Shown here: positions 13,763 through 45,494 of the stretch, one piece after another
Layout of the letters: every line of letters starts with the position of its first letter
Numbering within the stretch: the first letter of the stretch is position 1
NCBI GenBank assembly: GCA_963693365.1
Contig: CAVNZM010000006.1
Span: 4,629,264 to 4,693,263, forward strand
Reading direction: 5' to 3'
Length of the DNA stretch: 64,000 nucleotides
Source: Amoebidium appalachense
Taxonomy: Eukaryota > Protista > Ichthyosporea
Translations under genes and position numbers: made by a program
The notes under the pieces: model-generated
What the model saw: only the letters and a program-made list of their open reading frames with translations
Database searches by the model: none
Told to the model about the DNA's origin: nothing

Positions 13763-13824
13763 ATAAACAAAAAAAAATAAAATAAAATAAAAACCACTCC
13801 CCACCACCACCACCACCACAAATT

Positions 13825-13825
<1 letters not shown>

Positions 13826-13882
<57 letters not shown>
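13826..13882 (+). repeat. (TAA)n microsatellite
   Basis: Direct reading: taataataa... tract. Confidence 0.95.
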
Positions 13883-13883
<1 letters not shown>

Positions 13884-14110
13884 CTCACTTATAATGCAGC
13901 AATATTCCGGAAACTAGTAGGTGTAATGTAGTAAGCAAACGAATTAACTAAACTTTAAAAATAACTCGAAAAACAAATATCAAGTAGTAGTAGAAAGAAG
14001 TGACCAAGAAATAGGCACTCCTTCCATGCAACACAGGCTGCAAACCCAGCGAAACAGAAAACCCTTCCTCCTTACTCCAAATTTTTCTTTAACACGGCTT
14101 AAAGACACTC

Positions 14111-25172
<11,062 letters not shown>

Positions 25173-27589
25173 TTTGAGATCTTGCTTGTCACTTAGAGAC
25201 CGTCCAGAAATTAGAGTTAGGGCAGCTATAGTAGATTTTAATGCATTCAGGCTCTCTCACTCATAATGCAGAGTATTCATTTGCGGTTCACAGGCTTCCT
25301 GCTAAATCGCCAGGGCGCCTCGAAAAACTGCTATGCACTCGTCTGAAACGTCTACGGTATGGAAACGTAGGTATAGGATTGTGATGCCCCTCGTGTCTGC
25401 TTTTGTAACCCTGATTAGAATAACGATCTAAATACGACTTGAACACGTAGCAATATCTTCTCCTCTTATGATGGCTGGTTAATGTTGCCATCCGCGCTAT
25501 TTTCCCCCTATCCTTTCCTATGTAGTATTAGTCTTTCCTGTTGCCTGAGGCTCCTTTTGTCTCTATTTGGAAGCTGTGACGCAAGACGATGGTGCTTCTT
25601 GATCCCCCCAAGCTTTTACACTTTGGGGATGTGGAATGTATGGAACCATTTTTTGTTACTTTACGAAGCTCTGGACGCCATTTGTGATGATAAAGAGCCT
25701 ATCCTAGTCAGAAAAATACGCTTAATGGATTTTTATTTGAATTTATATGTATATTTGACTAATTCTTACTCCTGCCTTGTTAAAAAAAAATGGCTATTAG
25801 CCTTGCTAAATCACGAAATCACAAAAATAAACCTAGACTCTGAACATTTCGCTATCGATACACCCCAGAACGCATTGAAGCCTTTGAGCGGTACAATTGG
25901 CCAGATGCGCACCCTGTGGATCTCATCCTGCTACTTTTCAGCCCGTGGGTCGTATGTATTTACGGGATTTGGCGGCCCTTATGTGAATGATTGAATTTGT
26001 CTGTAACTAACAACTACAGAAGTTAGAATCTCATTATAACACTATCCCCTTATGGGACATATTTTTTTTAGTTGGACGTAAGACAACGCACAGTGCTATT
26101 TCCGTAAGAAAAATTTATTCGCCTGCCAGGCTGCCGCCTAAATCCCGAAACTATTTTTGTAGACAACCGAAAATCCTCCTCTATACACGACATCTGGTCG
26201 ACAGCCAGATTCATTGAGGTTTGGGGGATTCAAGCTGATGATACTATGATTCGAGCGCTACCAGTACGTACCACAAACAATCGCGAACCCAGGTTAAGAG
26301 TCACTTGAGACTTGTATATTAGCACTTTATATAAGAGTTTTGTAATAAATATGCATAAACATATTAGTCAACTATTATTTTTTCAAGGGCCAAAAACGAC
26401 TTCTTTTATCTATGTGGGCGGTCGTGATTTGATTGCAATCGAAAGGCTTTTTTTTTGCACTTAGGTGCGACCACAGCCAACCACAACGTCCGTGGTTTTT
26501 CTGCCCACCAGACTCATTGTATAACCTAAAGCAAACAGCCCCCCCATGAATTTTGTTATCAGACCTATAAATAAATCTCTCATAGTCATTTTCTACATAA
26601 ACCTCACATATAAAAACGACATAGTGCTCATAATATCTTTTCATAGTTAATTATGTTAAGAATATAAATGGTGAAAAATAAAGCTCTTTTAAATACCTTA
26701 GAATGTAATACATACCATCAACTTAAGTAATTGTTTGGCTAATTGGGTGAGCGAAAGTTTATGTACATGGGGTGTTATGAGCTTTTCGCTGTGTTGATCG
26801 TGCTCGCGGGTGACCTGTTCCAACATGGAAGGTGATTGGAACAAGAATGGAGGATTGGTTTTAGCCCTTATCCAATCAGCTTGCGCGCCGCGCAAAACTG
26901 TCGCGTCCCCCAAAACTTTTGCTTGCGGGGCGTATCGTAAGGTTGTGTTACCGTGTGTAGCGTGCTTTCATATTCATGTAACATGTTGACATTGTTGACA
27001 CATGTGATGTCAAAAAGTAGGAACATCTGCGTTCAAAAAAACAATTAGTTTTTTATATTAAGTGCACTTCAAAGTAATTACAAAAATTTTAAGTTCGACT
27101 ATAGGTCTTTAACAGCTGATAAAAAACGGTTGGCTCTGTAAAAAATAATTTCTGGTGCGCCCCACGGCCACATTAGAGTTTGGAGAGATCAAAACCGCTT
27201 AGAATAGTGACCTATCGGATTGTTCGAAAGTCTCATTTTCTCGAGTCTTTTTCAGCAAAAAACCAGAGCTCTCTGGAAGGCCTGTCCATTTCTTTCCTTC
27301 CCGTTCCACGTTCCTCCCAGAAAAACAAAAAACAAACAAACAAACGTGCGGGTATAAAGCTCTCCCCTTGAACTCAAGAGCTTTTATTTCTCCTCGGCCC
27401 TTTTCCGGCATTATAAGTTGTGTGTGTGAGAGGCTTGGCCGTGTCACACACAACGTGTGTTTACTTCTCACGGTTTTCCCAATACACGTGCGCTCCTATT
27501 GATATCGACAGGAATTGACTGGGACCATCAATTTCCGCCAGCTTTCACTTACAGCAACAACCAACCCCGCACAAAGCTTAGCAGCTGAA

Positions 27590-28344
27590 ATGGCACCTAC
27601 ATCTGTGTTGGGAGCTCTCACCCGCACCTCCTCATCTACGGTTGTCACTCGTGTTGTTCTGCGCACTGTGTCTACTCAAGTCACCCGAGGTTCTATTGCT
27701 GCGCCTACCACGGCCCAAAAGGTGTGTGTCTGTCTTTGATGTTGCTTAAACCATGTTTCTAGACTGTTCTAGCAGTAGAAAAGCCACACCTGTTCTTTGT
27801 TTGCTGGCCTGGTGGCAGGCAAGGGCTGACACGAGTTGTTGTCGTTGCAGTCTCCTTTTTATATGGTGCATGATTGCCTGGGTTTTGTGTGTCAACTGGC
27901 AAGGGCTGACACGAGCTGTTGTCGTTGCAGTCTCCTTTTTATATGGTGCATGATCTTTAAGCTAAGAGTTAAGCTAAAAGCTAAGCACTATGATAACAGT
28001 GCTGGAGTCCGGTACCCTTGTCTCCTTAGTTCTCCTACAACTCCGGCGTTGGGATGTACAGAGATGGGTTTATGTGAACCTTCCCACACACATACACACA
28101 CGCGCAAACAAACAGACAAACAAACAAACAAGCACGTGTGCATGTGCATAGACACACACACACTCACTGCACTACATCATCAACTACATCACTAACACTA
28201 TATAATTGTCTTCAGAAGCTCCTTGTGGATGCAGACAAGAAGAATTCCACGGGCACCATCGAGACAGAGAAGGCGGCAGAAAAGGAAACACACCGTCCCT
28301 ATTCGTACCAGGAGCTGTTCCGTAGGCGCAGTGTCATGCTGTGA
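27590..28344 (+). CDS. Small two-exon hypothetical protein (86 aa), possibly mitochondrion-targeted
   Basis: Exon 27590-27721 (MAPTSVLGALTRTSSSTVVTRVVLRTVSTQVTRGSIAAPTTAQK|gt) and exon 28216-28344 (KLLVDADKKN...PYSYQELFRRRSVML*), phase 0. Branch-like actaac at 28191 precedes ttcag. N-terminus is Arg/Ser/Thr-rich with no acidic residues. Confidence 0.6.
27818..27954 (+). repeat. ~57-bp direct repeat, two copies 80 bp apart, intronic
   Basis: ggcaagggctgacacgag(t/c)tgttgtcgttgcagtctcctttttatatggtgcatgat at ~27818 and ~27898. Confidence 0.9.
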
Positions 28345-28932
28345 ATGGGCAGAAAGTATTTTGATGTTGCAAGAGAGGGGCGCACAGTGCTTTTAAGCTG
28401 TGATGAGGCGCAGAGCACTTTGAAGTTGCGACAGAAATGTGATGTTATGACAGTTGAACCAATCGTAGGTGCAAACTACCTGCTAGACTATAGAAGTCCT
28501 CGTTATCCATAGTATGATTTTGGCCGTATATTTTTCTTGCTTCAGTTGTGATGAGGTATAGTTGTTGTTTCAGGTTGTGAAAGCTCTGTAAAGATTTGAT
28601 TGACATGTGGATGTGGGTAGAGCGTAGAACCTGCTAAGGCTTAGAATAGATTTTCAGTTTTTTACTTTACTGTTTAGATTATACTTAGCAGTGGTCGGTT
28701 CCTATGTACCGAGCCTAACTACTCTCATACCCGATTGCGTTTTGTTCAGAAAACATATGGAAATACACAAAGACACTCTGTTGTTATTTACTGAGAAACA
28801 CGGCGGATATCTTTCGCTTTGTTACGCTGGCAAGAGTGCGTCCAGGCACGTGCTTCTGACCGGAAAACCACACCTATTGCACAAACTCGTCACAGCACTC
28901 AGTGGTATCAAAAAACAGTGCTATCTGAGGCC

Positions 28933-29220
28933 GCAAGTTGACCGAGTCAACTTGCTCCGCGCTGGATTATTCTGCAAAAAGCAGAATTATTGATCAAAAC
29001 CCTGCTACATTGTGCACAGTTATTTTGCAAAGAAGCAGAATTATTCTGCTTGGAGCAAAATCATCAGTAGTGTTCTGCTGTTAGCAGATTAATCCTGCAT
29101 TTTGCAGAATTATTCTCAAGTGCAGAGCTACTCTGTTAGCCAAAAGCGGAATTATAGAGCTCTGCTAGCGCTTTTTGCAGAAGTTTTCTGCTTCCTGCTT
29201 CTTGCAGAGCGGAGCAGAAT
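28933..29220. repeat. Hairpin plus a cluster of palindromic gcagaattattctgc-type motifs with imperfect inverted ends (possible MITE/foldback relic)
   Basis: Perfect stem gcaagttgac-cga-gtcaacttgc at 28933-28955. gcagaattatt at ~28981, ~29035, ~29104. tgctccgc and ttctgcaaaaagc occur in inverted orientation near both ends. Confidence 0.5.
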
Positions 29221-29356
29221 CATCCCGCTTTTAGTGTGTGTATTGCCCTTTGCCGAATATTTTTGCTAGTAGTAAATGCCGACTTGTGCGCTCCTGTCAC
29301 GGACTGCGTTTGGCGGCTGGCTGGCCGGTGTGCGTTTTCGTGCGCGCGCGTGCGTG

Positions 29357-29389
<33 letters not shown>

Positions 29390-29739
29390 TGTGTGTGTGT
29401 GTGTGTGCGTGCATATGTTTGTGTGTGTGCGTGTGTGCTTGTGTGTGTGCGTGTGTATGTCTGTGTGTGTGTACGTGTGTGCACACGGTATGTGTGTGTG
29501 TGTGTGGCTGTGTGTGAGGTGTGTGTGTGTGAATGTGTGCAAGTGCGTGTGTGTTTGTGTGTGTGTGTGTACATCTGTGCGTGTGAGCGTGGGCGTGTGT
29601 GAGTGAGTGCACATGAGTGTGTGTGTGTACATTTGCGTGTGTCAGTGCGTGTACACTGTGTGTGTGTGTGTGCGTGCGTGTGTGTGTGAGCCGTGTGTGT
29701 GTGTGCGTGTGACGTGTCTCAGGTGTATGTATGATGCGC

Positions 29740-29770
<31 letters not shown>

Positions 29771-30327
29771 TGTGTGTTTGGGGGGGGGGGGGGGGGGGGG
29801 GGGGGGGAGAGAGAGAGGAGGGCGGCGGGGGGTGTTTCCTGGCAGCGGCTTGGAGAACGTGTGCCACGTGTACACGCACACGTACACACACACGCGTGCA
29901 CCTGTGTGGCCCACTCAGCCGCACTGCGCGTGACTTACAGCGAATCACTGACACAAAGGAAGCAAATAGAAAAAAATAGATCTGGACAGACCTTGGCCAA
30001 ACGTGACGGGCATAAGATAGTATACATGCAAGACTGCCCAAAAGTTTCTCTTTTTTTTTTGTTTCAAAGTTTTTTGTTTCAAAGTTTTTTGCTATGTTGT
30101 TGTGTTCACAGATTAGAAGGGTTTGAGAAGCCACACACACGTTATCGGATTATAAGTTACAGGAACTCTAGCTTTTTTGACTCCCGTTCTCTGCCACTGA
30201 GTCGACTTTCTATGTAGCAGCGAGAGCACAAATACTTGCCTTCTCTCTTCTCAACTCTACTTACCGGCTACCATTCAGTGCCAGTAACCCATTCCTTTGA
30301 TTTACCGATACGTTAGGCCGTGAAAAA

Positions 30328-38114
<7,787 letters not shown>

Positions 38115-38400
38115 TCAGAGTATACTCACCCCTTTACGTCCCCCCCCCCCCCCCCCCCCCCCCCCTTGTGATATGTTTTTCCACCACCCGTGATATGATA
38201 ATATGACCTGTAACTCAAATATGAGCGCAGTCCGGAAGTCGGTGTGAATCCGGCGCATGAAGTTCAGAAACTGAGATTGGGTTGCTTGTGATTTAGAACT
38301 TGGCTGCCAAAAGAACACACCCACAAAACATACAACACCGGCACCCATATATTTTGCGTACACGCACGCACACGCACACACATACCCGTCCACATCTTAT

Positions 38401-38508
<108 letters not shown>

Positions 38509-38687
38509 CACTAATCCATGATGTTTCCCGATTGCAGGAGTGATGGTGCCACCTTCATCACCCCCACACCGGCAAAGAAACAAACCAAGCAAGCTGGAAA
38601 CACAACGGCAAAGGCACCATGAAACCCCAACACATTGACATTCACGTTTATACTGCACGAGAATGCTTAGTCTTTTTCTTGCCGCAG

Positions 38688-38774
38688 ACATTGAACACAA
38701 CACGTGAGTGCGGGGCACACATTTACATACATTGAACACAACACGTGAGTGCGGGGCACACATTTACATACATT
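38688..38774 (+). repeat. ~41-bp tandem duplication
   Basis: acattgaacacaacacgtgagtgcggggcacacatttacat occurs twice. Confidence 0.9.
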
Positions 38775-39539
38775 AAGGCCCGACAAACCGTTGAAAGACA
38801 CTGTGAATGCTCAGTAGAATCTGAATGTTATTATTGCCACCAGGTACCGGTCGCCTGTGTAGTCTAATGCAACATTTTCATTGCACATCTGTCTGTGTGC
38901 AACATGTAAGTGCATATATTCGCATGGTGACATATAATCATCTAACTTATGTACAGTAATAGCTAACTGTCCCTCAATGGATTTCTGGTGGCCAGCACCA
39001 GTGTGTACTCTTCAGTCCCGTCCCCTCCCCCAAAACAGCACCCACCCCTAAAAGACAAATAATAAAAAAAGGCAGGCACCAGACTTCCACATATACCCGT
39101 CCTGCCTATGCTGTTAATGGTAAATAATTTTGCCTATGCTGTTAATGGTAAATAATTGCAGCTTCGTGCCGAGAAGGAATGAATGCGTGTTTATCCACCG
39201 AATTGGTGGGCCATCGAACCACTGGGTGCTTGATCACTTTCATAAAACCCCGGGCAAAAAACAAAGCTACAAAGGGGAATCAACTGCTGTATGGTCCTAC
39301 TTGCTTGATTAGATTGCTCTGACACCCGACCCATCCAACATAAACATACCAGTCCAGCCGACTCCTGCCCACCAGCAAAAAACTAAATCAGATCGACAAA
39401 ACACAGATTCTATAGGAAAACCCCAAGCTGACATTCGCGGAAAGTTACTGATGATTATTGCACAAGGAAAAGAAGAAAAAAAAGGCCAAAAGTCCGAACT
39501 ATGAACACGTAGTTCTATTCTTAGCTGGACGTTCCATTT

Positions 39540-41574
39540 TTAATTCATCTTCGTCACCAGCTGGTTAATCTCATCTCCCTGGTTACCCGACTTGACGCTA
39601 CCAGAAAGCCGTCCGCTAGCCTTCGTGTGGCCCTTGTGTGGGTTTGCCAGCTTGAACGGCCACAAGAATGACGTCACCGTCTGGAAATTCTGACCGCCCG
39701 TCGAAATTTCATGCACCAAATCCTCCAAGCACACCAACCCGTGCTTCCCAAGCTCACGCTCAATCATTGCATTGTCCGTAATTGGCAACCTCTCCTTGTC
39801 TACCCGAGCAAACCCGCGCTTGTACACCAACTCGCGGATAGTTTTCAGCGAAGGGTAGCCGTACGCGACGTATGGTTCGACGAGCTTTAACCGGGTAAGG
39901 TTCTGCTTGGTGAGGCGCACAAACACGGCGGAATAGACCTGTTCCAGGTTAAGTTGGTGCAAGAGTTTCTTCGTTTTTGGGCACGAATCCTTCATCGGCT
40001 TGATGCGCATAACAAGCGCAACCCTCCCCTCCGGGTTGTCCCCCACGGCCTTTTCCAGTTTTCCAGACTTCTTGTCCTCCTGGACTTTGTGCGAACTGCG
40101 CCTGAGTCGTTTTTCGTCCTTCTTGGCGCGGACAAACTCAGCAACGAAATGCTCTGCGCGTTTGAATGTTTCCTTCTTCTGTTTCTTGGGCTGTTGTAAA
40201 GGACAATAGTGCGTTTCAGCAATCGTTCAAAGGCTGGCTTTTCAAATTAAAGGCATCCGCCCCCGCCCCCCTCCAGCGCCATAAACCTGCCGGACCCCCC
40301 TCCCCCCAACTTAACCTGCCCCCTCCCCCAAAAACAGGGATATTGCCCTCCCCCCCCCCCCCCTACAAACCGCACACGTACTCTCCCCCCAGTGCCGCCG
40401 GCTTGCACTTCTACTAAAAAAACCCCCAAAACTTTCGGCAGACGTGGGAAGCAACACCTGCCTTTCCTCCTTGTCCCTGTATATAAGCCCCCAATCGTTC
40501 TGTCCCCATGTCCTCGCACCCGTACCCCTTCCCACTCACACACCTTCCACACCATCAAGAACCCTCTCGGCCGTGCCCCCTTCTACCACTAACACCGGAA
40601 ATAGCCCTTTTCACAGCGGAAGCCCGGGCAAACGGTTCACGTGTGTTGTCACGTATCTCAGAGTGACCACTCTTGTGCTACGGAGTCCCACTAGTCCAAG
40701 AATCGGGTTGTCCAGGAGCCTACGTGAACCTTTCCAATATCGAACAAAAATGCTTGAATGTTTCGAAGGCAGGTGTAAGGCATGTGTAAGGCGTCAGGTG
40801 TGTAGCCCAAAGCCTGTACAGGTGCAGGTGCAAGCTTTGCGCATGCCTCTAAACGTGTTGGCATAAGTGTTTGTGCGTAGCCCTCCCCGCCAAAAGACAT
40901 GCATGCACGTAGGCGTGTCCATGTATCCAAAAAACCAGTATGTACAAACATCCGTAAGGTATGCGGTTGCAGGCCCCGTGTGTGAAACGTCTCTCACCTT
41001 CTCCGTCTTCCTCTGCGCCTCTCTCTTCTCGCGGATCTGCTCCAAAGTCTTTCTCCTTTTCAGCACAGACTCCTTGATAGTTGGCAGTGCCACCCTAGAA
41101 TCCGAACCCTTTGTCAGCAAACGTCTCTGGCTACAGGGGTGCTAGAGACACATAATATGACCTGAAGACTCGGAAGACCTGTGGCTTCCTACAAAAACCA
41201 TGATTTTAAGCCAGGAAAAACACGGTCGAGCACGACATACCAGCCATAAATATGATTCGAAGTCCACATCACCAGGCATGCTCATTACTGCCTCGAGCGA
41301 CATCTGCCATGCAGATCTGAATCTTCACTTCAACATTACCCATGACATACACAGATATGACCCAGCACTCGCATAGACTCATTACTTGCATAGAAGGTAG
41401 CCCAAACAGTGGGATTTCGTGCGGATGGCACTGGATGTGTTCGGGATGGGATTTCCAAGAGCAAAAAACGAGTTCTAGTCAGAATCCAACAGAAAAGAAG
41501 ACCTACGGCTGTTCGGAGGGGATATCGACGGCGTTGGCGACCTCGCCGCTGTCCGAACCACTGTCGGAAGACAT
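39540..41574 (-). CDS. RPL7L1: Ribosomal protein uL30/L7-like ribosome biogenesis factor (RLP7/RPL7L1 type), 3 exons, ~283 aa
   Basis: Exons 41574-41507, 41130-40998, 40190-39540 in phase. Motifs ESVLKRRK, FKRAEHFV, LKLVEPYVAYGYPSLKTIRELVYKRGF, CLEDLVHEI, FLWPFKL, INQLVTKMN. The divergence pattern suggests RLP7 rather than canonical RPL7 (inference). Confidence 0.88.
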
Positions 41575-41947
41575 TCTAGTGCGCTTATACTATTGTTTCC
41601 TGCCTTTTTGGTGTGTTTTGGGCCTGGATTGAAAAGGATTGTTACAAAACGACGAACGATCACAAAGCCAAACCACTTAACCCGGAAACTAAACCGAAAG
41701 CTGAACTGCGACTCTGTGTGGTGATCAAGCTGTGGGTGTGCACGTGTACATCGATGTGGTGCCGTTTCAGCCAATTGCAATGCAATATTTACTAGACAAA
41801 TCATAAATCACTACAAATAGCTTTATAAAGCTATGTAAAAACATTTAACCTTTTGGATTGGTGTAGATTGCACCGCCTGTGAGCCACGGCCCACACCGGC
41901 GGTCCTCGACGGTGGACCGTGCCGCCTGCGCCCTGCACGCCAGCATA

Positions 41948-42206
41948 CAGACACCGTCCGCGATTAAGAACCTCCGCCAATAAGATCTCGCCCCCGGCAA
42001 AGTCGGTTTTTTTTTTTAGATTCCGCCCCCCGGCCAGTTTTCGGGATGATCATATTGGTGGGCGAATGAGTAAATCGTATTGCAATTTGGATGCATCCCC
42101 CCGCCATTAAGATTTAAGATTCTGATCCCGCCGTGACCCTCAAAAAAATTCAAGATTCCGCCCCCCGGCCACATTTTGGAGGGTTCTTATTCGCGGACGG
42201 TATCTG
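41948..42206. mobile_element. MITE (~260 bp) with ~28-bp TIRs and TA flanks (Tc1/mariner-pogo-like)
   Basis: Left end ta|cagacaccgtccgcgattaagaacctcc; reverse complement of right end ta|cagataccgtccgcgaataagaaccctcc. Internal repeat agattccgccccccggcca occurs twice. Confidence 0.85.
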
Positions 42207-42368
42207 TACTATATGATCGATCATGATCCAACTTGCAAAAGTTTGCAACGCGAGCCTGCGAGGCTCCCTCCCGAGTGTCGACTGTAGGGTCCCGAGCCTC
42301 TCCGGCGGCCAACCTGGAGCCTCCCTCCCCCCTCCCCCCCCCCCCCGCCCCTCACTCTTCTCCGCCCT

Positions 42369-42416
<48 letters not shown>

Positions 42417-42903
42417 CGGGTCGACTGGCCATGATGGGGGGGGGGGGTTCAAAAGGTTACTAAACTGCTGCGGATGGATATTGGTACTGCTAAGGGGCAC
42501 GTTGGTGTCCTGATAACAGCATGAAGATGGGGGGGGGGGGGGGGGGGGGGGGGGGAGGTATGGATATGAACCGCGCTCTCTTTCTTTCTCTCTCTTCCTC
42601 TCTCTCTCTCTTCCTCTCTCTATTACCCTCCCTTAATCCATCCTCCTCCCCCTATCGGCCCCCTGGTCCCACCACGCATGCAAGTAAATGTGCTAAATAC
42701 CATGCCACCTACAGCCAAACTACCCCTCACCCCCCCCCCCCCCTCCCTTCTTCCCTACAGTCATACCCCCCCCCCCCCCCCCCCCCCCCGCCCCCCGGTG
42801 TGTGCGTGGAAAAAATACTGAATTATCACCCCTCCACCCCCCCCCCCTCGCCCTTTCCCTACAAGAAAAAGAGCAAGCATCAACAACTCCGTCCTTCCTA
42901 CCC

Positions 42904-42941
<38 letters not shown>

Positions 42942-43176
42942 CCAAAAAAAAAAAAAGACACACACACACCGCTACCAACATCATACAAAAACAACAGCCA
43001 CCGTCCCCGTCACTAAACTCCCCCTTCTCCCTACCCGTTACCCCCCCCCCCCCCCCCCCCCCCCCCTCCCCCCGTCCCTCCCTTTTTTCACGAGCCTAAA
43101 AAATAAAAGAATTTTTTTTAAAAAAAAAAGACTAGGTCAGCACCAGACCCCTCTCGCTCTCCCCTCCTGCTCCGCT

Positions 43177-43211
<35 letters not shown>

Positions 43212-43265
43212 AACCCCCGGAGGGTTCCTCAAGAACCCACCCCACTCCTCTTCAGCCCCCAGCCT

Positions 43266-43309
<44 letters not shown>

Positions 43310-43311
43310 CT

Positions 43312-43379
<68 letters not shown>

Positions 43380-43750
43380 GTCTCTCCCTTTCTCTTTTTG
43401 TGTGTGCGTGCGTGTTTGTGTTGTTGTGTGTGTGTGTGTGTCTATGTGTCCCTTTCCTTTCCCCCCTTCCCCCCCTTCTCCCTCCATACATCCCTCCCAC
43501 CACCGCTCTCCCTCCATCCCCACCCCCCCCCCCCCCCCACCCCCTCACCTCACCCCCACTCCCTTTCTCCCCCCTCCTTACCGTCAGGTCCCCCTCCGCC
43601 CCTCAACCCTGCCTCGCTGGCATTTCCTCATATAAAGTTTATAAAAGAATATTTCCTAACCTGGCTTTTTTCCCTCCGCAGTCGGTTCTAAAACCATTTA
43701 CCACAGCACTGACCTTCAGTCAAACCGGAGCCGAGGGAAGTGGGGAGGGG

Positions 43751-43781
<31 letters not shown>

Positions 43782-44684
43782 AAACCTGAGTGAACAAATT
43801 GACCGTGTGTTTGACTGCAAACTATTGCCACAGGCCTCCTTCTGACAATAGGCACTATAAGAAGTACGTCTACGGAGGGCAGACTGGATATATTGGTATG
43901 TGCTGGAAATTCCATGAGACGTCCGCTTTTATTTTGAAACATGAACCTGGAAAAACGTTCTGTTCGTCTGGAAGGTGAGGTTTCCAAACCAAGGCTCCCT
44001 ACTCTATTCCAGACAGCTATTCCAGACCCCATATGGGAATTGGTAAACTACAGAAGCAGCGTGTTTTGAAAATAACTGACCTCTGAATGAATGAAGCAAA
44101 CCCAGCCAGAGTACGTTGGTGCCCTGAGGGATCGGTAATACAAACGTGGCGGCCCCATGTTAAACATTTGTCGTGGTTGACACAAGCAGGCATACTAGCT
44201 GCATGTGGCCACGGCCATGTAGAAGTGTGCACAGTGTGGCGGCAAGCGCGCGTCGCGGATCGCGTGTACAAAAATCAGGTGCACGCTTACCGCTACCATT
44301 TACGCGAACCCGTTAGTCCCCATGTTTTAGATTAGTCTTCAAGATTAATCAATCTTGTATCCCGGGAACTCTGGAAAATCGGTCAATTAGAGTGATTAAT
44401 CTTCAACATTAATCTCAGCACCCCCTCAAAAAACAGAGTTTTTCCCCGTAAAAATGGTCCGACGGGGCTGAAACTTTCCATGAGCGAAGCAAACAAATAT
44501 AGGTTTGAAAGCCCAGCAGCTGAGTGTATGTTGCAATGGACTTTGCGGCACAACGAGAGCGTGACGGTACCTGAGGTGAATATGGATATCGAGGATCATT
44601 AATCAAGGAGCCACAGTGACTGCTGCAAGGCTTGAATGATTGATCTGAGTGTGCTGTATTGCATTATGATGTGGGGGGGAAACG

Positions 44685-44723
<39 letters not shown>

Positions 44724-44945
44724 ACAAAAAAAAATCTCCCCCCTCTCGTACCGTGTTCCGCATTCAAACCCCCCCCACCCCCCTCCCCCCCCCCCCCCCT
44801 CCGAAATTCTCGTTCCGCCCCCCCCTCCCCCCCCCCCCCACACACACACAAAAAAAATCCCCCCCCCCCCCTCGTACCGTGTTCCGCATTCAAACCCCCC
44901 CCCCCCCCTCCCCCCCCCCCCCCCCCCCCTCGAAATTTTTCGTTG
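44724..44945 (+). repeat. Two tandem ~126-bp units, each containing cgtaccgtgttccgcattcaaacccc
   Basis: Motif at 44747 and 44873, each followed by a C-run and cgaaatt..tcgtt; identical motif at 63741. Confidence 0.8.
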
Positions 44946-44949
44946 CAGC

Positions 44950-45103
44950 GGGGGCGGGGGGGGCGGGGGCGGGGGCGGGGGCGGGGGCGGGGGCGGGGGC
45001 GGGGGGCGGGGGCGGGGGCGGGGGCGGGGGCGGGGGCGGGGGCGGGGGGCGGGGGCGGGGGCGGGGGCGGGGGCGGGGGCGGGGGCGGGGGCGGGGGCGG
45101 GGG

Positions 45104-45140
<37 letters not shown>
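44950..45140 (+). repeat. (GGGGGC)n hexanucleotide array plus poly(G); GC-box / G-quadruplex potential
   Basis: Roughly two dozen gggggc units read directly. Confidence 0.9.
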
Positions 45141-45198
45141 CTTGGGAAACGAGGGTGTAACCCCAACGCGGCTACGCTCATTTCATATCGTCCGAACG

Positions 45199-45450
45199 GC
45201 CAATTAAATGTAGGCACCCGTGCATTTGATTTGTTCACAGATTGGGATTGTGCGCGATATGATTGGTTGATGTTTGTTGCATTCGATTGGCTATGAGCCA
45301 CCCGTCCTCGTAGCTTCTCCCTCACTGAGGCTAAGTTAGAAAGCAAGGAGCGTTGCATCTGATTGGGTGTGTTTTTGCAATACGATTGGCCACCGCGGTT
45401 GGTGGAAAGTTGAGTGATTGATTGGTCAGCTGCGGAATGAAGGCTCCAAT
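45199..45450 (+). promoter_or_regulatory. CCAAT-box cluster upstream of the transposase
   Basis: gattgg at ~45240, 45261, 45285, 45361, 45384, 45420 and ccaat at ~45200, 45446. Similar boxes lie upstream of other genes (7499, 26853-26876, 41856, 56821-56936). Confidence 0.55.
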
Positions 45451-45494
45451 AGCAGCGAACTTCGTGGCCCAAATTCGCTTTGGCTGGTGCCATT

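Noticed and set aside
25173-25280. ATG...TGA in frame upstream of the RGS-C1 start (readthrough or selenocysteine)
   Set aside because: Only a 7-codon uORF precedes the TGA; no SECIS or conservation evidence.
25482-25994. 170-aa ORF
   Set aside because: No recognisable motif, AT-rich, sits in the RGS-C1 promoter region.
28691-28993. 100-aa ORF
   Set aside because: GTG start, no motif, runs into the palindromic repeat island.
43640-44620. Short ORFs and a candidate left TIR of the large transposon
   Set aside because: No protein motif, and no inverted match found by eye in 53720-56700.
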